A DNA stretch of 55,917 nt from a virus (IMGVR_UViG_3300037424_001329:1-55917); one strand, 5' to 3'; counted from the stretch's first letter, positions 9,154-18,398 are shown. Made by a program: numbers and translations. Notes: generated from the letters alone by a model not told the origin.

Positions 9154-9420
9154 ATGACGCCGGCCATGGACAAAGCCGAAGCCGCATTCACTGCCCTGAT
9201 AAATTCAGCGCACACGCCGGAAGAAAGGGCCGAGGTTATAGAGTTTCTGGCCCGCCGCCTCGGGCGCGGCGTTGTCGTGCTCTGCGACAACAACCAAGAA
9301 TTGATAGGTTTGATGATGGAGGGGTCGACGGCATTTGCATTCGAGGAGGCGGCGGGATTCTCGCCGACATTCGACATGATGACAATGATGGCGGCAGCGA
9401 ATAGGAAGGCGAAGGAATGA
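9154..9420 (+). CDS. hypothetical protein
   Basis: GGAGG RBS; ATGA overlaps on both sides. Confidence 0.6.
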   Translation: MTPAMDKAEAAFTALINSAHTPEERAEVIEFLARRLGRGVVVLCDNNQELIGLMMEGSTAFAFEEAAGFSPTFDMMTMMAAANRKAKE

Positions 9421-9617
9421 CACAGGCCATCCTCGACGAGTGCGCCGACGCCTATGTGGCATTCCGCCAGCGCCGCCGGGCCGCTCGCCGTCAGTGGCTT
9501 CCAGAACCGCCCTGGCTGGAATTCCGGGAAGAGCGGTCGAACGTTCCAGTGGAACTGCATGTTGGAACGGTTGGGCGGGAATGGAATTCAGATTACGGAA
9601 GGCGTTGGGTGGAGTGA
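9417..9617 (+). CDS. hypothetical protein
   Basis: ATGA and TGATG coupling with neighbours. Confidence 0.5.
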   Translation: MTQAILDECADAYVAFRQRRRAARRQWLPEPPWLEFREERSNVPVELHVGTVGREWNSDYGRRWVE

Positions 9618-9823
9618 TGGAATTTCTCGTTTTTATATGGGCAATAACGTTCGGTTTATTTTTCTTATTTTTATGGCAGGTGCACCCTCTCACGATACTC
9701 GCACTTTTCGTGGCAATCGGTGTGTGGGCGTATGTTGACCATCTCAAATTCCAGATGGAAGAAGCTCATGCTCGCGGAATGACGTTGAAACAATTACGTA
9801 AATGGAAAGGAAAATACAAATGA
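9617..9823 (+). CDS. small two-helix membrane protein (AT-rich)
   Basis: MEFLVFIWAITFGLFFLFLW...; GGAG RBS. Confidence 0.55.
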   Translation: MEFLVFIWAITFGLFFLFLWQVHPLTILALFVAIGVWAYVDHLKFQMEEAHARGMTLKQLRKWKGKYK

Positions 9824-10053
9824 GCATGAGAAAAATCAAGCCAAACTACCTAATCTGGAGCAACGAACATCGGGCTTGGTGGGCACCAAATGAGTGCGGA
9901 TACGTCAAAATCATTTCAAAGGCCGGCCGGTATTCAGAGGTTAGAGCTACCCAAATCTGCGAGAACGCGAATTCTTATCAGAACATCAATGAAGAGCCAA
10001 ACGAGGTGATGGTTTTGGCTCCAGAACATCTGAAGGATGTCGAAAATGGCTGA
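9820..10053 (+). CDS. phage hypothetical protein
   Basis: 'YLIWSNEHRAWWAPNECGY...AGRYS' motif recurs in phage small proteins. Confidence 0.65.
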   Translation: MSMRKIKPNYLIWSNEHRAWWAPNECGYVKIISKAGRYSEVRATQICENANSYQNINEEPNEVMVLAPEHLKDVENG

Positions 10054-10306
10054 ACCGAAGTTCTCACCCGGCCCGTGGCGCTGGACCAACGACAAATATC
10101 TTGCCGGAGAAGGCGGACAACTGCTAATCAGGGCGAGTTTTATGACCAACGATGTTGACATGCTGCTGATCGCTGCTGCACCTGACCTATACGCCGCGCT
10201 TGATGATCTTCTGGATTATCGCGGCGGCGCGGAGAGTGCGCTGGAAGACGATCACGTTGTGGACCGGGCGAAGGCCGCTCTTGCGAAGGCGCGGGGTGAA
10301 TCATGA
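10046..10306 (+). CDS. phage hypothetical protein (xPGPW...LIAAAPDL family)
   Basis: 'FSPGPWRW', 'LIAAAPDLYAAL', 'AKAALAKARGE'. Confidence 0.75.
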   Translation: MAEPKFSPGPWRWTNDKYLAGEGGQLLIRASFMTNDVDMLLIAAAPDLYAALDDLLDYRGGAESALEDDHVVDRAKAALAKARGES

Positions 10307-10503
10307 CGCAGCAGCCGAGGCCGATAGACGAGAACACCCCCCGAGACCGGCGCATCTTGCTGTTCCGGCTAGGAAGTTGGAGAATCGGCATGTGGATTAA
10401 AAATAGACCCAGACCATACTGGCTGGACGAAGGCGGTACGGCGTCCACATGTCGGAACAATCCGCCTACGCACTGGGTGGATATACCGGAGGACCCATTT
10501 TGA
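10303..10503 (+). CDS. DUF551-like small protein
   Basis: 'RPIDENTPRDRRILL...PTHWVDIPE'. Confidence 0.6.
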   Translation: MTQQPRPIDENTPRDRRILLFRLGSWRIGMWIKNRPRPYWLDEGGTASTCRNNPPTHWVDIPEDPF

Positions 10504-11018
10504 CCAGCTTCCGCACATGCGCAGGATGCGCCAGCAAGGATCAGGAAGGCGGCTGCGACCACCTCTTCATTCTCAAGACGCATCTGTCAGGACTGGGAAT
10601 CACCCTGGTAAACCACAGGTGCGCCCACCGGAGAGACAAGTTCCTGCCAGGGGACGCCGTGACAGTTACGACATATCCGAGCCTTGTCAGCGACGAGGAC
10701 GGCCTTCCGCCACAGCAGCAATTCCCCGCGATCTTTGTCAGTTGCCACGGGACGAAGGCTGTCTGCTTTGTCCGGCCTGGAACCAGAGGAAGCGGCGGCT
10801 GGGATTTCGAGCCGAAGGAAGGCAACAAGGGATTCTTCAAGGTGACGCTCTCCAGGGTCAGAGCGAGAGAAGGCGTTCCGCGTGCGATCATGACAGCATG
10901 TGAGCGGTGCGGGGAAATTCCGTCTCTTACTGGGTGCCCAGCTTCTGATTACGCCGGCCCTTACGATACCGGCGGCCGGTGCCTTGCCCAAAAAATGCAG
11001 AAGGATCATGCATCATGA
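10500..11018 (+). CDS. Cys-rich hypothetical protein
   Basis: CxxC motifs at both ends; TTGA overlap. Confidence 0.55.
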   Translation: MTSFRTCAGCASKDQEGGCDHLFILKTHLSGLGITLVNHRCAHRRDKFLPGDAVTVTTYPSLVSDEDGLPPQQQFPAIFVSCHGTKAVCFVRPGTRGSGGWDFEPKEGNKGFFKVTLSRVRAREGVPRAIMTACERCGEIPSLTGCPASDYAGPYDTGGRCLAQKMQKDHAS

Positions 11019-11218
11019 GCATTTTCAGGAACAAAGCCACCAGTAAAGAGATCGTTGTCTGCGACGGCTGCGGCATCACCGAGCACAATACCAAGCTCGA
11101 TCCGCTGGAATGGGAGAAAGTCGATTTCACTTCCCAGATGCTGGCAAAAGGCTTTCCCGAAGGCACAGCCCTTGATGTCACGGATTGTTGCCCGATGTGC
11201 GCGGAGTCAAAGACATGA
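11015..11218 (+). CDS. small zinc-ribbon protein
   Basis: CDGC...CPMC. Confidence 0.55.
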   Translation: MSIFRNKATSKEIVVCDGCGITEHNTKLDPLEWEKVDFTSQMLAKGFPEGTALDVTDCCPMCAESKT

Positions 11219-11556
11219 GCATCGGCAAGACCATAACCACCATAGGCGGCGCGTGGTGACGATGATGGCTGCCGGGCGGGTGCTCGCGAGATCGTCCTGC
11301 GGTACATCACTCAGAGCCCAAGGAAAAAGCTCCGCCGTGGCGGACCGGATACAGCCTTGTAAGTGCATTCAGATGTAAGCTTATTCGAGAGTTAGCCGGC
11401 GCGTAGAAAAACAATCACAGCGGGGCGCACATGACGAAAATAACGGCGGCGGCTGACCGCCAACCAAGTTCAGCAGAGGCTGTTTATATGGCGCAATGCG
11501 CCTTCGTACAGAGATACGATGATGATGCTGGCAGCAAATAGGAAGGGGATGGAGCC

Positions 11557-12006
11557 ATGACACCCGAAGAAGCGGCAGCATCCCTGGATGGGCAGGAATA
11601 CAATTTCAAGTTCTCGACTGGCAACAATGATCTTTACGCCGCGATGAAGGCAGACGGCCTCGTTGCGGTGTACGGAGAGAGCGACGACTTGATGGAGTTC
11701 CGTGGCGAGATCCACGATGAGCTTGGCGCTTTCAACGGGACTACGGCCTATTTGACGGATGATGGCCTTGTCCGGAATGATTGCAGCGCAGACGATTGCC
11801 CGCACTTCGAGCGGAAGAAAGAAGCGGCGCGCACCATCGAAGCTCTGTGGTGCGACGAGGATGAAATCTCGTGGACGTTCAAGACGACGATCCCGCACGC
11901 CACATTCAGCATCGTGGAAAACGGAACAGTGTTCTGCCGGGGGATTGTGTTCCGGCTGGCTGACCATCCGCAAGGTGCGCGACCCGCGCTTCGGGCTGGT
12001 GAATAG
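11557..12006 (+). CDS. conserved phage hypothetical protein
   Basis: 'GLVAVYGESDDLMEFRGEIHDE...IPHATFSIVE...FCRGIVF'. Confidence 0.7.
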   Translation: MTPEEAAASLDGQEYNFKFSTGNNDLYAAMKADGLVAVYGESDDLMEFRGEIHDELGAFNGTTAYLTDDGLVRNDCSADDCPHFERKKEAARTIEALWCDEDEISWTFKTTIPHATFSIVENGTVFCRGIVFRLADHPQGARPALRAGE

Positions 12007-12094
12007 CTATCCTGAGGAGGCGCTCGAACAGGCGTTCGGCGAAATAATCAAGGCCGCGTCGCTGTAATGCGGCCAAAAACCACAAGGAATCCGC

Positions 12095-12547
12095 ATGGCA
12101 TCCGTCAACAAAGTGACCATTCTCGGCCATCTTGGCGCCGATCCTGACATCCGCACTACCTCGGCCGGCAAGTCCATCGCGAACATGCGCATCGCCACGT
12201 CCGAAACCTGGAAGGACAAGGCGACCGGGGAACGCAGGGAAAAAACTGAGTGGCACACCATTGTGATTTTCAACGAGGCTCTGGCCGGGGTCGCACAGCG
12301 CTACCTGAAGAAGGGATCGAAGGTCTATATCGAGGGCCAGTTGCAGACTCGCAAGTGGCAAGACAAGGACGGACAGGACCGATACAGCACAGAAGTTGTG
12401 CTCCAAGGGTTTAACGGCCAGCTCGTTATGCTCGATGGCAAGCAGGAGGGCCAAGAGTCCGCCGCACCGCGCCAGCAGCAGAGCGCGCCGAAGAAGGACG
12501 ACGGCTACCAATACGACAAGAACCTCGACGACGAGATTCCATTCTGA
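12095..12547 (+). CDS. ssb: single-stranded DNA-binding protein
   Basis: '[14 protein letters not shown]', 'TEWH', '[18 protein letters not shown]' and acidic tail DDEIPF. Confidence 0.97.
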   Translation: MASVNKVTILGHLGADPDIRTTSAGKSIANMRIATSETWKDKATGERREKTEWHTIVIFNEALAGVAQRYLKKGSKVYIEGQLQTRKWQDKDGQDRYSTEVVLQGFNGQLVMLDGKQEGQESAAPRQQQSAPKKDDGYQYDKNLDDEIPF

Positions 12548-12661
12548 CACCGGCAACCGTTGATTGCGCCCGTAGTCGATGGCTTCCTCAGATTTGCTGG
12601 GTTCGGGAAATTTCCCGTGAAACATTGTCTTTGCTGACGCTCTCCGCAACGAGAGAGTGAG

Positions 12662-12692
12662 AAAAGGGCTGAGCACGGTTAAATGCTCAGCC
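12662..12692 (-). terminator. intrinsic terminator closing the leftward array
   Basis: GGCTGAGCA-N8-TGCTCAGCC followed by CTTTT on the minus strand, 25 nt after the last array gene. Confidence 0.6.
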
Positions 12693-12716
12693 AAAATCAG
12701 TTAGTTGCGATAAAAG

Positions 12717-13124
12717 TTAACGAGTGTTAACCTTTTCAAGGAGGCGAGCGATTTCGTTCTCGTCGTCGAACTCATCGGCGCCATACTCTGACCCAATAGA
12801 ACCAGCCGTCGTCCAGTCTCCAGCCGCTGACGAGTCGGCCCTCTCTAGGAGAGTTTCGCGGGTATCTCCTGGCCGTATTTCGAGCGAGATGTCGGCGTAT
12901 TCCCGCACCAAACATTCACGGTAGACGCAGACCTCTGCCGTGATCTGGTTTTTGTCCTCGGCGCCGGTGCTCAGCTCGCCGCATATGGCCTTGGCCTTCG
13001 TGATGATGGCGGCCATGGTCACAGCCGCTAGGCTTTCGAATGCACTGACCGGCATCGGCATGTCAGCGATTTTTCGCACCAGATTGCAAGCCTCATCGGC
13101 TTGTATAGCTTTGATATCGGTCAT
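12717..13124 (-). CDS. hypothetical protein (array)
   Basis: ATG at 13124 after AAAGGGGAG. Confidence 0.65.
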   Translation of the reverse strand: MTDIKAIQADEACNLVRKIADMPMPVSAFESLAAVTMAAIITKAKAICGELSTGAEDKNQITAEVCVYRECLVREYADISLEIRPGDTRETLLERADSSAAGDWTTAGSIGSEYGADEFDDENEIARLLEKVNTR

Positions 13125-13190
13125 TTTTCTCCCTTTCAGGGCGTAGCGCCCAATGTGGCGCACCAGTCTCCTGGCGCGCCCCGTGAGGCG

Positions 13191-13676
13191 TTAGGCGTCG
13201 ACCAGCTCCAGCTCATGTTGGAGCGCGGTGACCATCAGGCGGTAGGTGTCGACCGCCGTCTCGAAGTCGCCGCTTTCGATTTCTGAAACGGCCTGCTTGA
13301 TATCCGGCCAGTGGGCTTCGGCGACGTGGAGCTGGCTCTTTTCCTCCAGCGCACCCACGGCATCGACGATCCTGGGGCCGACCGTAGCGTATTCCACCAG
13401 CAGCTCAGGATGACTCTTCGCCAGGACCATATCCCGGAACCAGCGCAGGGTGCGCAGCTCGGGGCAGTCGTCGCCCTTGCCGAGAATATCGACGAAAAGC
13501 GTGGTGACGAAGCACTTCTTCTTTTTTGGAGGAGGCGGCGCGGGCGGGTTGTTCGGGTCGTAGCCGGATTCGTCCACGTAGTCCCCCACGCCAAAATATT
13601 CATCCGTCCCTTGAGGGTTGGCCTCGCGGCGCTTTTTCATGGCTTTCTCCAGCCATGTTTTACGGCGTTCACCCAT
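13191..13676 (-). CDS. CFI-box-CTERM-like domain protein
   Basis: 'CFVTT...GKGDDCPELRTLRWFRD..L....LLVEYATVGPRIV'; AAGGAG RBS. Confidence 0.7.
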   Translation of the reverse strand: MGERRKTWLEKAMKKRREANPQGTDEYFGVGDYVDESGYDPNNPPAPPPPKKKKCFVTTLFVDILGKGDDCPELRTLRWFRDMVLAKSHPELLVEYATVGPRIVDAVGALEEKSQLHVAEAHWPDIKQAVSEIESGDFETAVDTYRLMVTALQHELELVDA

Positions 13677-13751
13677 ATCATTCTCCTTGTGTTGCTATCG
13701 GGCATAGCGCCCGGTACTGGCGCGCCGCGATGGACGCGCCAGGACGAGGCG

Positions 13752-13886
13752 TTAATAGACCTTCCGCCGGCCGAGCCAGCGGCGCATGTCAGCGGAGATG
13801 GCGCGGTAGCCGATGATGATGGCAACCGCGCTGGCGGCGAGGTGGACAACGAGGAGGAACACCGTCTCAAGATCGTCACAGATCAT
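13752..13886 (-). CDS. small membrane protein (array)
   Basis: One hydrophobic helix; ATGA-coupled. Confidence 0.5.
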   Translation of the reverse strand: MICDDLETVFLLVVHLAASAVAIIIGYRAISADMRRWLGRRKVY

Positions 13887-14140
13887 GGCTTTTCCTTCCC
13901 GACCACGACCTTGCGGCCGTGCAGTGGCGTCCATTTGTAAATGAGGATCGACCCATCCTGGTATCTGCCTTCAGCGTGCACCAGGCGGCCTTCGTCGTCG
14001 CGCTTGGGTTCCCTGACGGGGGTCCACTGGGCGAACTCCACCTTTTGCCCGGATTTCTTCACGGCATACCCGCCGGTAAGCGTGTATGTCGATACGTCCT
14101 GGCTAGTGACGATCATCCTCACGTCCTGCGCAATACTCAT
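13883..14140 (-). CDS. hypothetical protein (array)
   Basis: ATG at 14140 after AAAGGGAG. Confidence 0.65.
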   Translation of the reverse strand: MSIAQDVRMIVTSQDVSTYTLTGGYAVKKSGQKVEFAQWTPVREPKRDDEGRLVHAEGRYQDGSILIYKWTPLHGRKVVVGKEKP

Positions 14141-14214
14141 GACTCGCTCCCTTTTTGTAGCTCCGGCTTTCACCGTTACCCGTCACCGCGAACGGTGATG
14201 GGGCCGAGGGAAAG

Positions 14215-14571
14215 TCAGCTATTGCACCACGATTTGACCGTGTAGTTCGAGGCAGAATCTATCTGCTTGCGGGTTCGCGGGTCTTTGAGAATGACGGTGC
14301 AGAAGTCGTTTTCGCCCGGCTCGTCGGCCCGCAACTCCGCGCTCCACGAGCCAATCGCGGCTGCGAAGACGCCAAGGACTTCATTCCTTGAGAAGCCTTC
14401 AGACGCGGCCAAATGTGCCACGTCCGTCAGCAGGTCGGTGATGTCCGCCAGGGGAAAGGACGGGTCTTCATCCCCCACTCCCACGGCCTTGAGAAAGGCC
14501 GACATGGCTTCTTTCGCCCAGGCGGCGCGCACGGCATTATTGACCGGCGCGAGCATATCTTCGGTGGTCAT
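14215..14571 (-). CDS. hypothetical protein (array)
   Basis: AAAGGGAG RBS; 'NAVRAAWA...ITDLLTDVAHLA' recurs in mobile-element proteins. Confidence 0.7.
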   Translation of the reverse strand: MTTEDMLAPVNNAVRAAWAKEAMSAFLKAVGVGDEDPSFPLADITDLLTDVAHLAASEGFSRNEVLGVFAAAIGSWSAELRADEPGENDFCTVILKDPRTRKQIDSASNYTVKSWCNS

Positions 14572-14646
14572 ATTTGCACTCCCTTTTCCGTTGCCGGCTT
14601 TCGCCGTTCCTGCTGCCCCGCGAGGAAGCGGCAGGCCGAGGGAAAG

Positions 14647-15045
14647 TCAGAGATTGCGTTTCTCGAACGCCTCCAGCGCCTGGAGGATGTAGTCGGCGAA
14701 ATAGGCGTCAGTTTCCCCGGCGGCTGGCGTCGTCGCCACCACGGTATCGCCGCGCGCGCCGTGCAGCACGATGCAGATGCGCTTGCCGCCGCTGGCCTTC
14801 TCGGGGCGTAGAGCCCACTTTGAATGCGGTACAGTTCCTGGCGCCCTCCTGTAGGCCCTGGATCTCAAATAGGTCCGTTTGACCGGCTCTTTCCCTTCGG
14901 CGAGCGTCCAGCCGACATTCCATTCCGCCGCCTGCTTGCAGGTGACCGGGTAAGGGCACATGTCCTTGGCCTTGCCTGCCGCGAACGCATCCCAGCCCTC
15001 TTCCTCGTAGATTGTCCTCGTAGGATGCAACATCCCGTACTTCAT
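14647..15045 (-). CDS. protein with N-terminal Rmf-like motif
   Basis: 'YEEEGWDAFAAGKAKDMCPY.....AEWNVGW' fits the ribosome modulation factor-like G-x-x-A...CPY...W-x-x-GW pattern. Confidence 0.6.
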   Translation of the reverse strand: MKYGMLHPTRTIYEEEGWDAFAAGKAKDMCPYPVTCKQAAEWNVGWTLAEGKEPVKRTYLRSRAYRRAPGTVPHSKWALRPEKASGGKRICIVLHGARGDTVVATTPAAGETDAYFADYILQALEAFEKRNL

Positions 15046-15147
15046 CTGGGCTCCCTTTCTGGGCAAAAAGCCGCATGTGCCCGTCCTCACGCTGGCGTGT
15101 GAATTCCAGCGTGAAAAGAGACGCACGTCTCGCGTTTTAGGAATGTT

Positions 15148-15306
15148 TCACAGATCGAGTGCTTCCCCCATGAAAAGGGGTGTCAGCCAGAATGTTATCG
15201 TCCCGGCGCCCATCTGCCAGTCCGTCCCTGCAAAGAGGGCCATGACCAGAAACGATGGCGCCGATAGGACTATCAGAGCCAGAAGACCGTGGAAAAAATT
15301 CTTCAT
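15148..15306 (-). CDS. small membrane protein (array)
   Basis: Hydrophobic 52 aa; ATGA-coupled. Confidence 0.5.
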   Translation of the reverse strand: MKNFFHGLLALIVLSAPSFLVMALFAGTDWQMGAGTITFWLTPLFMGEALDL

Positions 15307-15521
15307 TTCCGCCACCCCTTTGGTTCGCGTGTGGATATCCACCCTGCGACGCAGAAGATGATCGCCAAGTCCCGAAGATCCGGCATAACGCCGAGCATCA
15401 GCATCACGACGATCATGCAGGCCGAGATAAAGGCCGCCTCGGCGCAGCACCCAAGGACGTATCTCGCCCAGAACAGGGCGGAGGCCGCCCATTCACCTCG
15501 CTTCTCCTTCAATGTTCGCAT
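15303..15521 (-). CDS. small membrane protein (array)
   Basis: GGAGG RBS; two hydrophobic segments. Confidence 0.55.
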   Translation of the reverse strand: MRTLKEKRGEWAASALFWARYVLGCCAEAAFISACMIVVMLMLGVMPDLRDLAIIFCVAGWISTREPKGWRK

Positions 15522-15576
15522 GATTCCTCCCTCTGATTGCGTAGCTGGCGACCGCGATGGATCGCCAGCGGCTCAG

Positions 15577-15705
15577 TCAGCGGTGCGCCCGGCTTGGGCG
15601 GTGTTTCCGGTCGTGGTGTCGAGGGTGCCAGGCCCACGAGGCCCAGGAGAATAGGCCGATCATCAAGCCGATGACCGCGCCGCCCGTCAGCAGCTCATTC
15701 AGCAT
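15577..15705 (-). CDS. small membrane peptide (42 aa; not in the ORF track)
   Basis: MLNELLTGGAVIGLMIGLFSWASWAWHPRHHDRKHRPSRAHR; overlaps the upstream gene and ends at a hairpin. Confidence 0.45.
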   Translation of the reverse strand: MLNELLTGGAVIGLMIGLFSWASWAWHPRHHDRKHRPSRAHR

Positions 15706-15964
15706 GGGCCACTTCCTTCGCCCGGTCCTCCAGGCGTTCGATCCTCTTTCGAATGAGCCGAAGGTCTCCCTCGATCAAACCCACATCCCCCCGGATACTG
15801 GAGATGTCGGCCTTGATTTGCGCGATGTCAGTTTTGATTTGCCCCTGGGCAACAGCCAAGGCGGCGACCGCCACATTCGTTTCGCGCTGCCCGGCCTTAA
15901 GTTCGGAGATGTCCGCCTGGATCAGGCGCAATATCTCCACTGTGATATCCACCGGCTCAGTCAT
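15695..15964 (-). CDS. coiled-coil protein (array)
   Basis: Heptad repeats 'EILRLIQADISELK...RIERLE'; GGAGG RBS. Confidence 0.65.
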   Translation of the reverse strand: MTEPVDITVEILRLIQADISELKAGQRETNVAVAALAVAQGQIKTDIAQIKADISSIRGDVGLIEGDLRLIRKRIERLEDRAKEVAHAE

Positions 15965-16225
15965 AAGCCAGCCTCCGCGCTACGGCGGCCCGGTAAGCGC
16001 CGAGCCTCCGCCACCGGCGTATTGCTTCGATCAACGCACGCATGATGTTCTCCTTTGCTGCCTGCGTTCCTGGTCACCCCGGAGGATGGCCAGGCCGCCA
16101 ATCAGCAGCCCGAGGATCTTAGCGTTTCCTTGATTCAGTTTCATCAGAATCCAGCCTCCCTATTGCGTTTTCGCACGCTATGTGCGGTCAAAGCCAGCCG
16201 CAGTTTCCCGCAACTGGCCTTGGCC

Positions 16226-16706
16226 TCATTTAGCGCCTTGTTGGGCCTCAACTTGCCAGCGGTTCAGCTCCTCGACATCGGTCTCGACCTTATTGAGGCG
16301 GGTTGCGATGTTGCCCCGCCTCTCGAAGAGGCCGTTGTTGTGCGGCCGTGCGCCGCAGTCCTCGTTCAAAGTCTCTTCGAGAGCAGATAGGCGCCGCTCA
16401 TTCGCAGCGACTTGGTCAGAAATAGCCGTGGAATGAGCCACCCAACCCTTGAACAGGTTGTCGTGGCTATCCCTGAGCAACCCCTCCTCGCGAAGGCGCT
16501 GACCCGTTTCGAGCGTGAGCATCTCCGCCAGTTCATCGACGCGCCTTGTCAGCGCATCCAAGCCAGATACTACGACCGTAGTGCCGAAGTTCAGGCGTTC
16601 GGCGAGCGCGTCGATCTCCGCATTACTGAGGGCGGCATGGACATCGCCATTCGCCGCAGAGTTCGTCGAATGTGCGGGCGACAATGTCGTTGTCTAGGTC
16701 AAGCAT
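16226..16706 (-). pseudogene. coiled-coil protein gene with an apparent +1 frameshift near 16660
   Basis: AGGAG + ATG at 16706 reads MLDLDNDIVARTFDEL and stops after 27 aa; the long frame (16226..16684) lacks an RBS. Confidence 0.4.
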
Positions 16707-16765
16707 TGTGTTCTCCTGTGTGTGCTGGCGCTTCGCCTTGCCCCCAGACTGGCTAGGGGAAAGCC

Positions 16766-17011
16766 TCAATCCTCTGCATCCAGACTTAGGTGATAGTCCA
16801 TATAGCGGTCTGGATTGCTGTATGCAGGTCGGCTGTCACGGTGAGCTATCGGCAGTTCCAGGATTTCTCCGACGCTTTCCTTGGGCGCGGCGATGCGGAA
16901 AAGGCCGCAGAAAGCTATAAGGCTACCATCCGTCGCGCGGTCGGTACTGGTGATTTTCAGGACTGATCCAGCATCTCCGATCATGTGCCCGTTCTCGTAT
17001 GTATACGCCAT
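16766..17011 (-). CDS. hypothetical protein (array)
   Basis: AAAGGGAG RBS. Confidence 0.65.
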   Translation of the reverse strand: MAYTYENGHMIGDAGSVLKITSTDRATDGSLIAFCGLFRIAAPKESVGEILELPIAHRDSRPAYSNPDRYMDYHLSLDAED

Positions 17012-17077
17012 ATCGGTTCTCCCTTTTGTTGCCGTCCATCGCTGCCGCCCGCTGGGAGCGGCAGGAATTGACGTCAG

Positions 17078-17320
17078 TCAGGCGCCGAATTTCTCAGGAT
17101 CGAAATCGAAATAGTCAACGCCGCTGGCGTCGATAGCGGTTTCCCATGCCGTAGCGGCCGCCAATTTTATTTCATGCGCCTTCGCTCGCAACGCGGTGAA
17201 CGTCTCTCCGTACTGGCCAGCGTTCGAAAACTCCGTCCACGCCACCGCGTCGATTGTGGCGGCCCGTTTCATTTCGAGGCGGTATCTAGCTGCGGCCTCT
17301 GCAATTTTATGGTTGGTCAT
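17078..17320 (-). CDS. hypothetical protein (array)
   Basis: AAGGAG RBS. Confidence 0.65.
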   Translation of the reverse strand: MTNHKIAEAAARYRLEMKRAATIDAVAWTEFSNAGQYGETFTALRAKAHEIKLAAATAWETAIDASGVDYFDFDPEKFGA

Positions 17321-17448
17321 TTTCGTTCTCCCTTGATTACCGTTTCGGCCTTTTGGCCATCATCAGGCATGGCGCCTGATACTGCCCCGCCTAAACGGGG
17401 CAGCGTGAGACGTCACTCCGGCGCGCTTGATAATGGGCTTGCCGGTAG

Positions 17449-17694
17449 TCAATTGCTGCCCTCTCCCCTGCCGGGGATCTTCTCTCCACGGAAAATCACG
17501 AATCCGGATGGATCGACATAGACACGCCCATCCTCGCAAAGATCCCCATTCACGGTCACGGTCCGCGCGCCGCTAATGTGAACGCCATGCGCGACCAGCC
17601 ATGAGTGTATGGCTGTGGCCACCTCTTCGCCGGTCAGCGTAATGTTGACCCCCGGCCCATACTCCGTGCAGCCTTTGCCGTATTCGACGTCCAT
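17449..17694 (-). CDS. hypothetical protein (array)
   Basis: AAAGGGAG RBS; 'LTGEEVATAI...ARTVTVNG...VYVDPSGFV'. Confidence 0.7.
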   Translation of the reverse strand: MDVEYGKGCTEYGPGVNITLTGEEVATAIHSWLVAHGVHISGARTVTVNGDLCEDGRVYVDPSGFVIFRGEKIPGRGEGSN

Positions 17695-17972
17695 TGCGGC
17701 TCTCCCTTTTTGAGATACGCACCTCGGCTCGGTTCCGCGAGCGCGTTTAACCGGCGTGCCGCCGGGGCCATTTGTCTCGCCAGAGTTATCGCCCGGTTAT
17801 TGCCGAGCGAACATGTCACAGGTTACGATCCTGCTCCCTTCGCAACTGCCCTCGGCCAGCGAGGCGGTATCTATCCGCCCTTTGAGAAGCGTCTGTGGCG
17901 CTTAACAAAAGGCGGTCGGCAGCATGCGAGAAAACCGGCCAGCGCGGGGCCGCCCGGCTTCCTGACGTGCTG

Positions 17973-18398
17973 CTAAATGGTTACGTGCCGTAACCGCACT
18001 TGATTGGCGTACCGGCGTTGTAACGTCCCCCGCGCTTCCCTGATGGCGCTTCTCACCATGTCGGGGAAGTAGTGGCCGACCACAGCATGGTCGCCGTGCT
18101 CTTGCCTGAAGGCCGTTGAATTGCGGTGCAGCGGATCAGGATCGCGGTGCGCTGTCCAGAAATCCGCGTAGTCGCTTTTGCTGTAGACCGATCCGCCAAG
18201 AAATTCCTTGGTGACCTCCTCGCCATCCAGCTCCACCACGACCATGGATTCGAAGGCGACAAGCTCGCCTGAGTCCAGGCCGCGTTGCGTCTCTCCGTCT
18301 CCGTCTTCGCCGTCGTATTTGTAGTGGCGGCACCGCTCGATTTCCAGCCGGACGGCAAAGCGCGCCGTCTGGAAGTCCCATACAGTTCCAACTCTCAT
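17973..18398 (-). CDS. conserved phage hypothetical protein (array)
   Basis: AGGGAG RBS; 'FLGGSVY...YFPDMVRSAIREAR'. Confidence 0.7.
   Translation of the reverse strand: MRVGTVWDFQTARFAVRLEIERCRHYKYDGEDGDGETQRGLDSGELVAFESMVVVELDGEEVTKEFLGGSVYSKSDYADFWTAHRDPDPLHRNSTAFRQEHGDHAVVGHYFPDMVRSAIREARGTLQRRYANQVRLRHVTI

Noticed and set aside
8480-9157. 225-aa plus-strand ORF as a full gene
   Set aside because: It overlaps a terminator and two minus-strand ORFs; only the last ~58 codons (from GTG 8981, coupled to 9154) look plausible.
17634-17819. 61-aa minus-strand ORF in the array
   Set aside because: It overlaps the next gene by 61 nt and the RBS spacing is poor; it may be a remnant, so it was not called.
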